DNA of 64,000 nt, taken from Eledone cirrhosa (lineage: Eukaryota). The first letter of the stretch is position 1; the number at the start of each line of letters is the position of its first letter. Position numbers and translations under genes: made by a program. Shown piece by piece: positions 24,352-38,525 of the stretch. The notes below the pieces were generated by a model. It searched no databases. It was not told the DNA's origin and was given only the letters and a program-made list of their open reading frames with translations. The stretch lies in assembly GCA_964016885.1 (NCBI GenBank), contig OZ024745.1, positions 66,960,001 to 67,024,000 of the forward strand, read 5' to 3'.

Positions 24352-24901
24352 TTTAACGTACGGCTTTGTTTTACTCAATAAGATGCTTCCATAGTTATGC
24401 AGCGAGTTCGCAGTAATTTCTATGCAGGTTATACTGGAGTAATAATAGTGAAAGAATGAAGAGTAACATGGTTGGCTGTACAATAAGGGGGTTCATTTCA
24501 AGTACTGACAATTGTTTCGTTGATTAGGAGAGTCTAGAAGTCGCTAATCGCTTGAAGTTGCATCACTCGATCTCCAATACATTATTTACCTCAGAGTACG
24601 TAGATATAAAAATAATCCACTCGAGGCAATAGCTTATAATCAAAACAATAACATCAATAATAAAATATATATGGTAAAAAGGTAGAGAAGTTACAGATGT
24701 AAAAGGTAAAAAGTAAAAAATAAGATAGGATACAGTAAAAAAGTAAGAAAAGGAGAAAATGGAAAATATAAAGAAATAAATAAGGATAAGTGAGAGCATG
24801 TAAGTGCAGAGTATGTTTGTAGTAGTGATCAACGAAACAATTGTCAGTACTTGAAATAAAGCCCCTTATTGTACAGCCAACCATGTTACTTTTCATTCTT
24901 T

Positions 24902-24903
<2 letters not shown>
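24352..24903 (-). mobile_element. PLE-type non-autonomous element with an inverted 5' fragment
   Basis: Inverted repeats near 24449-24524 and 24826-24903 contain GAAA-CAATTG-TC (palindromic hammerhead stem III); (TA)n on the right flank. Confidence 0.6.
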
Positions 24904-24947
<44 letters not shown>

Positions 24948-25248
24948 ATAATAAATGTGACAACAAAAATCCGAAGAGTTTTGATGAGGATAATATATAT
25001 ATAATATATATAAAAAACTGTAGAGCAAATATTTATTAAAATAATTGATTAAAGTTTAAGCAAGGAATCGCTGCGTTCACCCTTAACGGGATCTTCTGAA
25101 ACTAAAAAATTTAATCTGTGAACGCAGAAGTAAATATTTTGAAAAACGTTAAAACCGAAGGAAAACAGGAAGACGATACTTTGGTTCATGAAGACGTTCC
25201 CTGGCAATGAACGGAAAAAAGCGAAGATAAAACGTCGTTATGTGGAGC

Positions 25249-26560
25249 TGGCCCCTCTTGCACTGTGGAATAATTCTTTCGCGGTGATTGAATGGTTCAA
25301 TGGCATATGCAACAAGGAACATTGCCGTTTTATCCAATTCGATATCAATAACTACTACTCCTCCATCACTTTACCACTTTTTCTTAGAGCTATCAATTTC
25401 GCTAAAACGCTCACGGTGGTTAATGATTTCGAAGTTGATATCATCCTCAATGCCCGTAAATCGGTGATTAATTTTGACGACTCTATTTGGATAAAAAAAT
25501 CTAATAGTACTCCATACCAGGTGAGTAGGGGAGCCAGCGATTCGGCGGAGGTTACAGATCTTATAGGTCTTTTCCTTCTTTTCTTTATCAAGGAAGAAAT
25601 CCCCAATGTGGGCGGTGGTTTGTACCGCGATGATGGTATTTTGACCATGACAAAGTGCAGTCCACACCCTTGCGACAGATTCAGAAAAGAACTCACAGCT
25701 CCATTAAGGGCTTCAACCTCTCCATACAGGTTGAGGCCAACCGCTCGGTCGTTAATTATCTCCACGTTACCCTCAATTTGTCGAATGGCTTGCATTACCC
25801 GTATAGAAACCTGAACGATACGCTTAATTACATAAGTCAGCATTCTAACCTGCCAGCATAACCTGGCAAGAAACGTTTCTTTTCGGCTTTCCTGTCTATC
25901 TACAAACGAGAATATTTTCACCGACCATTCCACATATTACAATGAAGGTCTTGCTCGGAGCGGATTTGTCGATTAGGTAGCATATACTAAGTATGAGCAT
26001 AGACCAAGGAAAAATAGATCCCGACGCATTATATGGTATAACCCACCATATAATATAGAGGTGGCCACACCATTAGCTAAGATCTTTCTCTCCCTTATTA
26101 AGAAGCATTTCCCCTCAGCACATAAATAGAATAACATTTTTAATAGAAATACAATTAAAATATCTTACTCTAAGTCCCCTAACCTTGCTCGTAACATCAC
26201 TACATCAAATTTAGCTAAATTACCTAGCTGTAGGGACACGTGCAACCCTGTAGCTAGCACTAACTGTAATTGTAGGAATCGGGCTGACTGCCCTCTATCC
26301 GGGAAATGCCTCTCCAGTAACATTGTCTACAAATGTAAGGTCGAAACACCCACATCCCGTAGGGCCTACATAGAGTTAACTGTCAATAGATTCAAGCAGC
26401 GTCTTTACATGCACACTCATTCTTTTCTTAACCCTTTAAGAAGGAATATGACGTGACTTTCAGCTCATACCTGGAGTCTAAAAGACAACCACACCCAATA
26501 TAGGGTACAGTGGGACATCCTAACTAAAGGCTAGATCGTATAACGGAAATAAAAGACCTT
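25249..26560 (+). pseudogene. PLE reverse transcriptase and GIY-YIG endonuclease, disrupted
   Basis: FIQFDINNYYSSI, GASDSAEVTDLIG, GLYRDDGI, RRIIWYNPPY, CNCRNRADCPLSGKCLSSNIVYKCKV..AYIELTVNRFKQRLYMH; contains stops and frameshifts. Confidence 0.88.
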
Positions 26561-27116
26561 GTGATCTTTGCGCCGCTGAAGCCCTGAAAATACTCTACGC
26601 CAATGACCACATCTTAAACAAGTAATCTGAGGCAATTTCAGCTTGTAAACACAAATTGCATAAAACCTTCCTGTATTACAGCCCCACTTTATACCATAAC
26701 GGATAGTACGAACAATACGCGGATAATTTACGTCTTGATGTGGTAGATAAGTATATTTTATGTTTATACCATTACTTATTTGTATAGGTAAGTATATCTT
26801 ACCCATATCTTTTGTGAAGGTACGTATACTTTCTCGTACGTGTATATGCTTGTATTTGTTATAGGTGTATATATTATATTATATATACTGGTATATGTGT
26901 ATATGGTTATGTGTATATGTGTATTTTGTGTTTGTGTGTGTATGCGTGTATGCGTGTTTGCACGTACATAAGGTGTGTATATGTGTACATTGTGTTTTGG
27001 TTGATGTACGTTTGGTGAACATATGTGTATTTACCTGTATGTATGTGTGTGCGTGCGTTATATGCGTATTTATGTGTGTATATTTATATACGTTTATATA
27101 ATTATATGTACACACA

Positions 27117-27163
<47 letters not shown>

Positions 27164-27668
27164 ACACATATATAAATTTCTGTATATGTATTTGGTGTAT
27201 ACGTTCGTATGTGTGCGGGCACAGGTGTCGCGCGGATTTATGTATGTGTGCGCTTTTTTATGTGTACGTGCATGTATATGCATGCATGTACGTCTATGTC
27301 CGTATATTTTGTGTATGCACGTCTATGTCCGTATATAGATGCGTGTATGTATATATTTAATTATTTGATTTTAATAACCTTTGCCATTGTCGTTCTACTA
27401 ATTTATTTACATTATTCTTAACTCTGAAGCCGAGAATCATTCGGTTTCATAAATAGAATATTAGTCTACGATTTCATTTATAGCATAAACGTGGTTTTGT
27501 CTTTGCGTGTAATTGTTCTCACCGTTCCAAATAACGACGTATTATCTTCGCAATTCTCTGTTCATTGCCAGGTAACGTCTTCATGAAGCAAAATATCGTC
27601 TTCCTGTTTTCCTTCGGTTGCAACGTTTTTCGAAATATTTACTTCTGCGTTCACAGATTTATTTTTTT

Positions 27669-27719
27669 AGTTTCAGAAGATCCCGTTAATGGTGAAAGCA
27701 GCGATTCTTTGCTTAAACT
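27669..27719 (+). ncRNA. Type I hammerhead ribozyme with variant core, in the PLE pseudo-LTR
   Basis: AGTTT-CAGAAGA-stem II-GAAA-GCA(loop)TGC-TT-AAACT; distal stem I pairing ACAGATT/AATCTGT. Confidence 0.7.
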
Positions 27720-27826
27720 TTAATCTGTTATTTTAATAAATATTTGCTCTAAGGTTCTTAAATCTTTGATATATATTTATCCTTATCGAGCCCTCTTCGG
27801 ATTTTAGTCTTCAAATTTATTATTAT

Positions 27827-27908
<82 letters not shown>

Positions 27909-27911
<3 letters not shown>

Positions 27912-28087
27912 GGAGCTTCCAACAGTAATGGTTGCATTCTTTAAGGGTATGTCAATATTTATTTATAAAACTGGTCTATATTATATTTTATCTGATGAAA
28001 GCACACCATAATTTAACTTGGTGTCCTTGAAATATCTATAATGAAATAAATATGGGTTTATAAATATAGTTTCCATTTGTTAATATC

Positions 28088-28088
<1 letters not shown>
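27909..28088 (+). mobile_element. Hammerhead-bearing PLE-type 3' fragment between (TA)n tracts
   Basis: A second copy lies at 49345-49528. Confidence 0.75.
27985..28047 (+). ncRNA. Minimal type I hammerhead ribozyme
   Basis: ATTTTAT-CTGATGA-AAGCACACCA..TGGTGTCCTT-GAAA-TATCTA-TA-ATGAAAT. Confidence 0.75.
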
Positions 28089-28134
<46 letters not shown>

Positions 28135-28221
28135 GCCTCTTTTGTTTGCATTTAATAGATGATGATTTGATAAAATTTCGCCACCAATATAGATTATGTT
28201 ATGAATATATGGATATATGTA

Positions 28222-28405
28222 TTGGCACTGGATTCGTAGTATCGGTAGAACGTCGGCCAGCATGTATTATGAAATAAGGCCACGCCCATTTACGATCTCA
28301 GTTCAAATCCTGCCGAGGTTACCTTTGCCTTTCATCTTTAGGGGGTCAATTTAATCCACTTTCCCCTCCCCCGGAATTGTTTGTGGGTGCCTAAATCAGA
28401 AACCA
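28222..28405 (+). mobile_element. tRNA-derived SINE, internally deleted
   Basis: B box GTTCAAATCC and the core are present; ATATATGGATAT occurs near both ends (28205 and 28406). Confidence 0.8.
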
Positions 28406-29891
28406 ATATATGGATATAGTGAATATCACAAATAACTTTATCACGTATTCTTTTTGGCAACAACTTCCTGTTGCATAGCTATGTAATATTTTAATGACAG
28501 TTTGGCAGCGTTTCTTATTAACGATGTCATATCTTTTACTGATGACAAGCTTAAATGCGTCATTGTTTCTTCTTTCACACGGTAGTTATTTGCTATATAT
28601 TTGATGTTGCAAAGGCATAACTTTCAGAATATTACTTGATTTCATGGCCACATATCCCAAACGATTATAAATTTGCCGCATATGTTGATATGATAGTCAT
28701 GTTTTATGTGTAAGAGGTTAGCTGTATATCTTCGATTGGATGTTTGTATGGTATGCTAGACATGATCATTTCCGCGTATATGAAGATATAGAGGGATGTA
28801 CCAGTAATAGTCACTCCGTGTACATATAACACTTCAATGTATTTGTTGGGATATAAATGTATTAATAAAAATATCAATATATGCTTTATCCGTGCTAGCT
28901 ACGAAGGATATTTTTTTAATATTGCTATATGAAGCAATAACAGTGTCACAGCGAGGTCAATAACCATACGATTTTTTAAAGTTCTCGATCTCACCAGCAG
29001 ATGAAGAGGAGATGGATTTGTTATTTCCTTCGTGGCAGAAGTAATGGCTTATACTAGTTGATTCTAAAAGACTCATTACGTATTGAGAATTGGCTTCAAT
29101 ATACATACCTACTGTAATCTATTTTTCATGTAAATGAACTCCAACGTTGAGCCCAATGTTCATTACTTATAAAAATATATACATTGAGATGCACTAAGAT
29201 GCATATTTATTCAAGTTATATACATTGGAGTGCATGTTTATTTACGTTGTGAGAGAATAATTTAAACTTATCAACAATTCGAAATAATTAGTGGCTATTA
29301 TTTTTCGAAACCTTTCCCAAGGGTTTTTTTTAATATCTTTAACAATATTATATTTTCACTCAGTATTTAATCTGGAGGATTGGGCGAGCCATAGACCGAC
29401 ATTCCATCTAAGTAATATGTCAATTTGAAACCATTTCTAAGCTCTATATTTAGCAAATTTCGTTTCGATAATTTTGTACGTGATTCGATTTACGCGCCAT
29501 AATTTCCGAAGGTACAGAAAAGTTGATATATTTCATTTTTTGCTGAAAATGTCATTTCATTCGCTTAGAAAAAAGAAATAGGTTTATTAATCATAATAGG
29601 AATGAGAATTTTAGATAATTTCTTTAGAAACTAGTTGAGAACAATTATATTAATGTTACTCTATTTGGTTTCAGCCTATATTATAACTTCCATGTCATTG
29701 GTATATTTATAGATACTATGAACTTTACAGTAGCGCCATATTCCAATGTTATATTCTGTAATATGACTTGTAGGTGCATTAATAAATATATGTTGATGTA
29801 AGTCTTCCACGTTGTACATTATCTATCCATTAAGCTCTGAGCTTATAGAATTTCCTCAAGCAAATATAAGTATACATACGTACAAACATAC

Positions 29892-30380
29892 AGAAAAGAC
29901 TCAAGGCAATACTGGTTGAACATAAAAATATAAACTGCCACCCAATTAAAGCACAACCGACTTATTGTTTGAGACCATACATTAAAAATATGTTCTGTTG
30001 GAGAAGTCAAATGTCCACTTTATGTCGGTGTAGTGAGAAAGAGGGAAGAGAGGGAGGATATCTATGGACCATTGTTGAAGGTTTTGCAGATCCAGTATCT
30101 AAGATAAACGTTCAGCTTCATTCACGTTATTATAGGATATATACCAATTCATATGGACCAAAATATACCTGAACTTGGACTTGTGGAGAAAGAACGTAAC
30201 ACTTTAATTCATATCATATAAATGGTTGCGAATCGAGAACCTTCAAAATTTGCAGAACATTCTTACGATTCAAAGAATGAAGGCTTACAAAACAGTAGTC
30301 TGCAGTTTCCCTCTTTTATAACTTTGCCACTCGGAAGGTGGCCGGTAAAAATTAGAGTCGAAATTAAGAGAAAGAGAGAA
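29892..30380 (+). mobile_element. Degraded 5'-truncated copy of RLE LINE family A
   Basis: Aligns with about 600-1086, with the same 3' hairpin and terminus; a CATA-like remnant precedes it and (CATA)n follows it. Confidence 0.85.
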
Positions 30381-30462
30381 CATACATACATACATACATA
30401 CATACATACATACATACATACATACATACATACATACATACATACATACATACATACATACA

Positions 30463-30491
<29 letters not shown>
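30381..30491. repeat. (CATA)n joining LINE A to LINE B
   Basis: Seen directly. Confidence 0.95.
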
Positions 30492-30493
<2 letters not shown>

Positions 30494-32112
30494 CTGGACC
30501 TGGTTACAACGTTCTCAAAGGATATAGGAATGGAGTTTGGCCAAGATAAATGCTCATACATGACTGTAAAGCGGGGAAAAACAACAACCCAATCTAGCAA
30601 CATTGTCATCAATGGCCTAACTGTTTCACCGATATCTGATGAGGACTGCTACAGATACCTGGGGATAGATGAGAACATATCCTATAATGGTATCTGTAAT
30701 AAATAACGCGTAACCAAGGAATACTACACCCGCTTAAGAAAGATCTGGTCATCGGAACTCTCTGCGCAAAACAAAACAATGGCTCACAATGTGTTTGCTG
30801 TGCCTGTCCTAACACCAACGTTTGGAATATTCAATTGAACGACAGACGAAGTCCGAGCAGTTGATGTTGGAACTCGAAAAATACTAAACAACACCGGAAA
30901 CTTCCACATTAACAATGACATAGACCGCCTTTACTTGAAACGTAAGCAGGGAGGCAGAGGCCTAACATCAGTCCAGACAGCATTTGAATGTCGCATCATA
31001 TCTCCCCGACAACATCTACGAACCTCGAAGCGTAGGAGCATGTCTATCTGCATGAAACAGATAAGATCATGAGAGTTGGGAAGGAACTCCTTGAGAGATA
31101 TTCCCTGTGTGATAATCAAAAACTCACACCCAGGGATGTCGCTCAGCAGTATCGCAGTGAATCCATGGATGAAAAACTGCATGCTTATCAGCAAAATATC
31201 ATGCATGGATATGTTGCCAGGAAGCTCCAAAGTAAGAGTAATATAGATAAGGAAAGTAGTCTATCTTGGACCAACAACCGCTATATTGGCTCCCACTTTG
31301 AAGGATACGCTTTTGCAATCCAAGAAAAGGAGATTAACACGAAATACCTGATTCACAAAAGAGATAGGGATGCAGGCAAAACACCTAGATGTGATAACAA
31401 GTGCAGACTCTGCAGAACTAACATCGAGGATATCACCCATGTCATCAGCAGCGGTCCAAAGATGTCATAGCGGTACTATCTACCTATGAGGCATGATGTA
31501 GTGGCCAAAGAACTGTACAATGCAGTTCGTAAAAAAGATAGCCCCGATAATAAACACATTAAAAGCTACAGCAATGTGGAAGATATCCATGTACATAATA
31601 TGAAAGAGTACTGGTGGAATGTTCCAGTAAAAACCCCAATAAAATGCAGGCATAACAGACCAGATATTATGATATGGGACAGGGAGAAGACAGCATACAC
31701 AGTAGTGGAAATTAGCTGCCCAGCAGATGCCAATATAATATCAAAGATTAGTGAAAAGGAGAATATTTATGCAGAACTAATGAGAAATCTGCAGATACTT
31801 CACCCTGATTACACCTTCAGATTTATGCCTGTGATTATTGGGGCACTGGGGTATGTTAAAAAGTGCCTCAATACAAATCTTGAGAAGCTAGGCTTCACAG
31901 GAACAGAAAGAACACAACTAGTTAGGAAATTACAAGTACAATCCATTAATGGAAAAGTAAAAATATGTAAAACATTCCAAAAATGGTGCATCTAATAACT
32001 GCATATACACATGTACAGATACAAAGCATATACACATGCACACATATAACTCAAAACAGCCACATCCATACATACAATAACATCCATATCTACACATGCA
32101 TGCATACATACA
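30492..32112 (+). mobile_element. RLE LINE family B, copy 2 (5'-truncated, with stops)
   Basis: Highly similar to 1131-2530 and extends about 230 bp further 5' (DIGMEFGQDKC, YRYLGIDE). Confidence 0.92.
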
Positions 32113-32228
32113 TCTCACTGTGTAACACACTTCTCTCTGTGTATTTGTGCTCAGATGAAAATTCTCTGTACTTCTCCCAGCTAGTATTATTATTACTGTG
32201 AACTGCGGAATACTTTAATTCCGATCTT

Positions 32229-32303
<75 letters not shown>

Positions 32304-34107
32304 TCATACATGCACACACACATAGATACACACACATATATATATACATATATGTGTGTGTGTGGGGGGGGGGGGGTACGCGTGTATGTGTGTGTGCGTG
32401 TGTGTGTGTACATGTATAAAAAGTGATAAATATATATTACATACATCGGCAGTAGTTAAGAAGAGAGAAACTAGATTATTGTTAGAAGATGGTACATTAC
32501 GACATGTCGCATTGTCTTGTCGAACAATCGTTATTTCTGAAAGCTGTTAGCTTAAAATATATTGTACATTACTACTTTGATGCATAGAAATAGAAACATT
32601 CAAAGATATACCACCAGCACATACGAACATAAAATCAGTTATTCATTACGCGGTTTGTTCCAATACAATTTCCAAAATCTAAAAAGTGACACAACGGGAA
32701 AGCTGCTATAAAATTTACTTTCCCGGTGATGTGACACATCTGACAATCCTGTATACCACATTTAAAACTGATCTAAAATATTGATTTATTTAACAGACGC
32801 ATAATTATAAGCTAAGGCAGATGCCATTTTTGTGATGTTTACGCACTTAACTAAACTATCACTAACTCATAATTCAGGATGTTGAATTTTAACTACTAGT
32901 GTTGTAACCCGTTCTTTATATAACCCTTTCATGATATTTATATACGGATAATCACATTTCCTAATCTACAGCATATTACTTTTGGAAATATTAGAATATT
33001 AACGACCTATAGTGAAAGAATTGAATTGCTATAGTTACGAGGGAGTTACTGATGTCGGTATAATCGGATATAGCACTCCCGGAGATATGTTATTGTGCCT
33101 ATGTGGGAAATCAATATCACAGATAGTTTGTGTAATTCTGCTTAAGTATTGTAACGTCTACAATATTCATTGTATTATATGGTAAGATTGCAAAGAGGTT
33201 TTGTCCATTTGAAACAAATCAATATCTAATTATTGTCAATTAGTCGAATATATAAGAAAGGTAGCAGACTTTAAGTAATTAAGGAAATTAAGGTGTATAT
33301 TGATAGACAAGTGTGAATATATATTCGGTATATTTTGGCTTGATGAATTATCGCGTATTCAACTAAAACATGTTGTGGATCGAATTGAGATCATTTATTT
33401 TTATGTATTTTCCTTTTCTTTTTAACTCCAAATAGAAATATGTTTAATTCGATATGAAGTGTATGTGATTGTATCATCTTTGTACTGTAAATGGCAATGT
33501 AAAATAATTCATGACGGATAACGTCCTTTGTGGTTTTTAACAGAACCATGTCGTTGTGTCTGTTATGTTTTCTACAGCTTTTATTCAATTTGAACAGCCA
33601 CAGTTAATGTCTGAAGCAAAGACGTAAGCAGAAATAGAAATACAGAAATGTTGTTGAGTAATGCTTTGAAATAGTGTTTAGTGTTCTGGTTGGGAAAGAG
33701 GACACAGTTATACAGCAGGCATTGCGAGAGGCAGTAGACATATTTATAGGGTGAGCTAGAGTTGCTGTGGTAGGCAACTAGCTAAATACGAACTCTGATC
33801 TAGTGTAATAAGCAGAGTGAGCTTGATTTTGGATGAAGACACTGCTGTTTATTTATTCAACTGTGCCCTCACACATGGCACGGCATTATACAATAATGCC
33901 TCGCAGATTCGCTTCTTATGCAATAAGCAACTGGTAGTTATATATTTTCGGGCTCTGAATATTTGATGAATTATCACAAAATGGCATTGTCGGTAATTGT
34001 GAGATTTAATATAAGTAGCGATTTTAGGGTTTTAATTGCGGGTTGCCTTAGACTAGAAACGTGAAGCTACAGCATTGTTCCAAATAGTTAGCAATCAGTT
34101 TAATAAT

Positions 34108-34310
34108 GATTTCTGATTTAGGCACAAGTAATAAAATTGGGTGGGTATCGATTGAATCGACCCCTGTGCATTACTGGTAAGTTATTCTATCGACTCTGTA
34201 AGTTAAAGCTGGCCTCGCCAGGATTTGAACCCAGGACATAAAGAACCGTAACTATATGTCGCAAATCATGTTGTTTAACGCCCTACTGATACTACCAAAC
34301 CACCGTCTAT
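34108..34310 (-). mobile_element. Diverged tRNA-derived SINE
   Basis: Core present; TSD AGTTTAATAAT at 34097 and 34311. Confidence 0.8.
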
Positions 34311-35249
34311 AGTTTAATAATAACTCTGAACCATTTTTGAATTTAGTTGTTTTAAATGAAGGAGGTTTTCATGTTCTCCATATAGTTCTGAAAATTAAAT
34401 GTTGGAAAATATTCTTAGAAGCTATATTAGTTTAATTAATTAACAAGCCTTATATAATATTCCTTCATTTCAAAAATATTTGTTTTTATTTTCAGTTAAA
34501 TCTCCAATATCTAGAATGACGAACTACATAGCTATATTGAATTTCTTGGGTTTTCGTAGGAAGTTTATTTTATTATATAGTACACATTAAGTTTTACTAC
34601 ATAAAATAAAAACAAAGACACAGTAGAACATATATGTAAATTAAATATATATTCACCTTTATGAAGAAGTATTTAATTCAATTACGTACTATGAAGAAAC
34701 ACGAACAAAAGTTACAATTACCATTAATCTTATATTTATAACATGAACAATTGCCTTATGCAATCACTTTTATTTAAAATCGAAATATATATATTTTTTT
34801 TTTTAGTTTAGTAGTCAAACTAATAATATAGTACAACATTAGATTCGTTTACGAGACAGAGAATATTTTCCTACAACATCTAGGGTAGTACCACTATATT
34901 TTTAAAGTCGGATATTAGGCATTCCCTTAGTTTTGAATTATTCATCTTATCCAGGTGCTTCATAGAATCAAGCATTTAAACAGATTGTATATTTATTGAA
35001 TTAATTATTGTTGGAATTATATCCATTACTACAATTCTGAATATACTGCTGAATGCCTTACAGTTATCATTCTCTAAAGCGAGAGAAATATTTATTAATT
35101 TTGTTAAGATATAAATATTAATTATTGCATTGAAAATGTAATATTTAAACATATTTCATTTTTTATAAACTATTTCTTTTACTATATTTTGCCCAAGTCT
35201 CTAAAGAGAACATATACATTGGAATAATGTGTATTTAATAAATAATTAT

Positions 35250-35429
35250 TTCTACTTTTGGCACAAGGCCAGCAATTATCCCAGTGCATTACTGGTACTT
35301 TATTTTTTGGACCCCGTAAGGATGAAAGACAAAGTTAACCTCGGCGGGATTTGAACTCAGATCATAAAGGGCCGTAACTCTATGCTGCAAAGCATGGCGT
35401 CCGACCCTCTACCGATACTGCCAATCCAC
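35250..35429 (-). mobile_element. tRNA-derived SINE (short form)
   Basis: Highly similar to 10812-11000. Confidence 0.88.
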
Positions 35430-36132
35430 AATGAACTATTGCCCATTGACGTAAATTATTTTTCGTCTAGGCTTCGAATACTTTCTTCATCCTGATTCTC
35501 AGTAACCAAATGGATGCTGATTTAACGATATATAGTTCGAAGATTGAATCAGGTGAAAATTGTGTTACCTTTAATTAACGAGGAAATATTGTGCTGACAG
35601 TCTCATACAAAAGTGATACTTCAACTAGACATTTTCCGATAATTGTGAATTAGGGTACAGGACAGAATCGTATGAGAATATTGACAAATTATAATATATT
35701 AACATATACATATATATTGAAAACTGTGCAAATTTATGTATACGAATATTACATCAATTGAATAGAAATTATTTATAATAGTGGAATCCTGCATAAATGT
35801 AATCTTTATCATAAGAATTTGTCATTTAACCACCGGGAAGGTTATGGTGAAGTATTGCTAAAGGCCATTAAAGCAAAGAGTGACGCATTTCACCGTGAAT
35901 GGAAATCAAATAGAATTTAAACGAGCCTAATATTACTTGACGGATATTATTACACTAGGTTGTAATTAGGGTCAGCGAAATTTACTTCAATGAAATTCAA
36001 GTAAATTTTAGTGTTCTTAACGATCAGAAAATGGATAACCTGAAGGTTTGCACATGTCCTGTTTTTCAGTAATTATACTTTCGTTCTTAAGATGATGACT
36101 CTTAAAATCTTTGATATGTTCATTAGTGGTGT

Positions 36133-36241
36133 CTTCTTCTTCTTCTTCTTCTTCTTCTTCTTCTTCTTCTTCTTCTTCTTCTTCTTCTTCTTCTTCTTCT
36201 TCTCCTCCTTCTTCTCCTCCTTCTTCTTCTTCTTCTTCTTC
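36133..36241. repeat. (TTC)n microsatellite
   Basis: Seen directly. Confidence 0.95.
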
Positions 36242-38425
36242 TGCTGCAGCTGCTGCTACGTCTTCTTTTTATTTCTGAGAGTGTCATGGGAGCAGAGTCC
36301 TCAGACACGCCTTCCAGCGAATCTTATCAGAAGTAATCGTCTCCAAATAATCCGGGTAGATCCTCAGTCGTGACTAACAACCATATGGATATTATTCAAC
36401 TATATTGCCCGTGATCTACAAATGGAGACTCTACCCGTAACATCTGCCCATCCAGTACTACGGACATGTCTTTAGTACCGGAGCTGTGATCTCTCGATGG
36501 GAAGAGACCATTAATATCTTAAGTGAGTTATAACATTTAGTTTGAGCTTTAAGAGAATAGAGAATTATGAGATATATATTTCGTGTAAGGAGTAGTAGAT
36601 ACACCGTGTAACTATTTGATGATTAGTTAAATGTGGTATAGAAATAGATATCATATAATTATCTGCAGTGAATTTCATATAATGATATGCCTCCATGATT
36701 TATGCATGTTTCTGTTGCTCCTTATAATGGTTGCCTTCTTACTTGAAAAGTAAATATCAAGGCGAAAATAATCCAGCCAGCACCCAATATTTAATCGAAT
36801 ATATAGTATATCACACTCTGTTTTTTATTTAGCTTTATTGGGTTTTATAACATACACTAGAGAAGCTGAGAGGATCTATAGCAATCATGCGATTGAATAG
36901 AGAAACAGTCTTATACAAATTAATATAGAAGTCCTCATATTCTATTAATTACTACATCATTTATCTTAAATAGTGATGTGTGTAAGGGAGCAATATACTT
37001 GGTGGTGTTACGTTAGGGTATATTAATTTCTGAGTACAATTCCTACCCATGTAAACATCACCTTCAGATGTCGAGCAGCCATCTAGTATTTAACTACTGG
37101 TGGAGATTATGATCGTATGCTTTTGTTAAATATCAATATATTAATCTATTAATCTAAATTCTCTCTAAAATATACAGGTATTGCCATTAAATCTAGCCAC
37201 TCCATAGAGCTAATTTGTTTTCATTTCTGAACTCTCGGTTAGTTATGTCATACATATACATCCTTATCTGTCAAATTATTGACATAACAGTCTGATAGAA
37301 TTGTAATTTATCATTCAAAATATTTCGGATCATATTTCACTGCTATCACTTCACCTCTGTCGGTTTGGCTTTGGACCTCATTTCTTCATGGAGTCGTAGG
37401 GGTGTGATTGTGAGATAAAGCGTGTCTAAAACTTATTCAACCCCTGACAGAAACAATCAGAGCCGATTGATTTCTTTCAGAGAGAATAGAGAGGGAGAAA
37501 ATATAAAGTGATTCACTACGCGTACATCATTTATCGACTAATGAAAAGATGAAAATTAGAATGACCTTAATGTAATTTGAGATTAAAGCGTAGAGAAACG
37601 GAATAAGTACTGCAAATCGTTCTAGCAGGCTCTATAACTCGCCACCTACTGACAATACTACTAAGAATGGTTTTGTTATGATGTTTACATTCAAGAGAAA
37701 AGCTTTATATCTGGAAAGCTATTTGTATGCTTGAAGGATACATGTATCAGAAGAAGTAATATCATGTGCAATATCGTTTTCCTCATACATCTATTAATCT
37801 ATCAAATTATATTAATAGTACACGTTTCCATCAGTGTTCTACATATTATTGATTCTCATTTTATAAGTGCAAGACTGAAAATGTCGTTTGAAATAATTTG
37901 AATCGGCGGACGAAAATATTATTGTTCTTGCCTATTCTCTCTAAATGTATTCACAAAATATTCATTAAAACATATTATATATATTTACGTAAATTTCATC
38001 TAGTTTCAGTCGTGCATATCTCTACTTCAAAAACTGTATGTAAATATGTTGCCTTAAAGACATCACAGGCGTTTATGTTGAATATACTCTGGTAATATTA
38101 TCCAACAGAACATTACTCAAATAAAATAGTTCGTATGCGCTGTAGTGCATATATTAAATAATAAATGTGTTCTCTTGTTTTGCACAACATTTCCAAATAT
38201 AATGCGACGATACCACTTCAAATATACCTTGGGAAGCTGCATATGCTTATTACATAGTCGTTAATCACCACTGATAGCAACTGTTTTATCCTGACTGTCT
38301 CATTCATTACATCCATATATTCAGCAATATATCAAGCTAGAAAAAGTAAAAAGAATATTGTTAATAATTCAAATGCACATACATACATACACACAGGTAT
38401 ACACATGCTGGCACTAATGCACACT

Positions 38426-38525
<100 letters not shown>

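Larger units (their letters stand above)
24944..27830 (+). mobile_element. Penelope-like element (C-terminal GIY-YIG, Hydra-clade-like), 5'-truncated with an inverted pseudo-LTR
   Basis: 24944-25248 is the reverse complement of about 27528-27830; both ends lie in (TA)n; RT and GIY-YIG remnants are internal. Confidence 0.88.

Noticed and set aside
25970-26460. In-frame stops in the PLE ORF as selenocysteine codons
   Set aside because: The stops are mixed TAG/TGA alongside frameshifts, consistent with decay.
24944-27830. DNA transposon with 300-bp TIRs
   Set aside because: The interior encodes RT and GIY-YIG; an inverted pseudo-LTR is normal for PLEs, and a solo copy exists at 39486.
1-32112. 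Segmental duplication explaining the two A-(CATA)n-B blocks
   Set aside because: The A copies are far more diverged from each other than the B copies, and the B truncation points differ.
33540-33760. Minus-strand TATA box (TATAAAT near 33742-33748) and possible first exon
   Set aside because: The motif is common in AT-rich DNA and there is no supporting ORF or splice structure.
36270-36520. Possible very old LINE 3' end beside (TTC)n
   Set aside because: Too degraded to assign motifs by eye.
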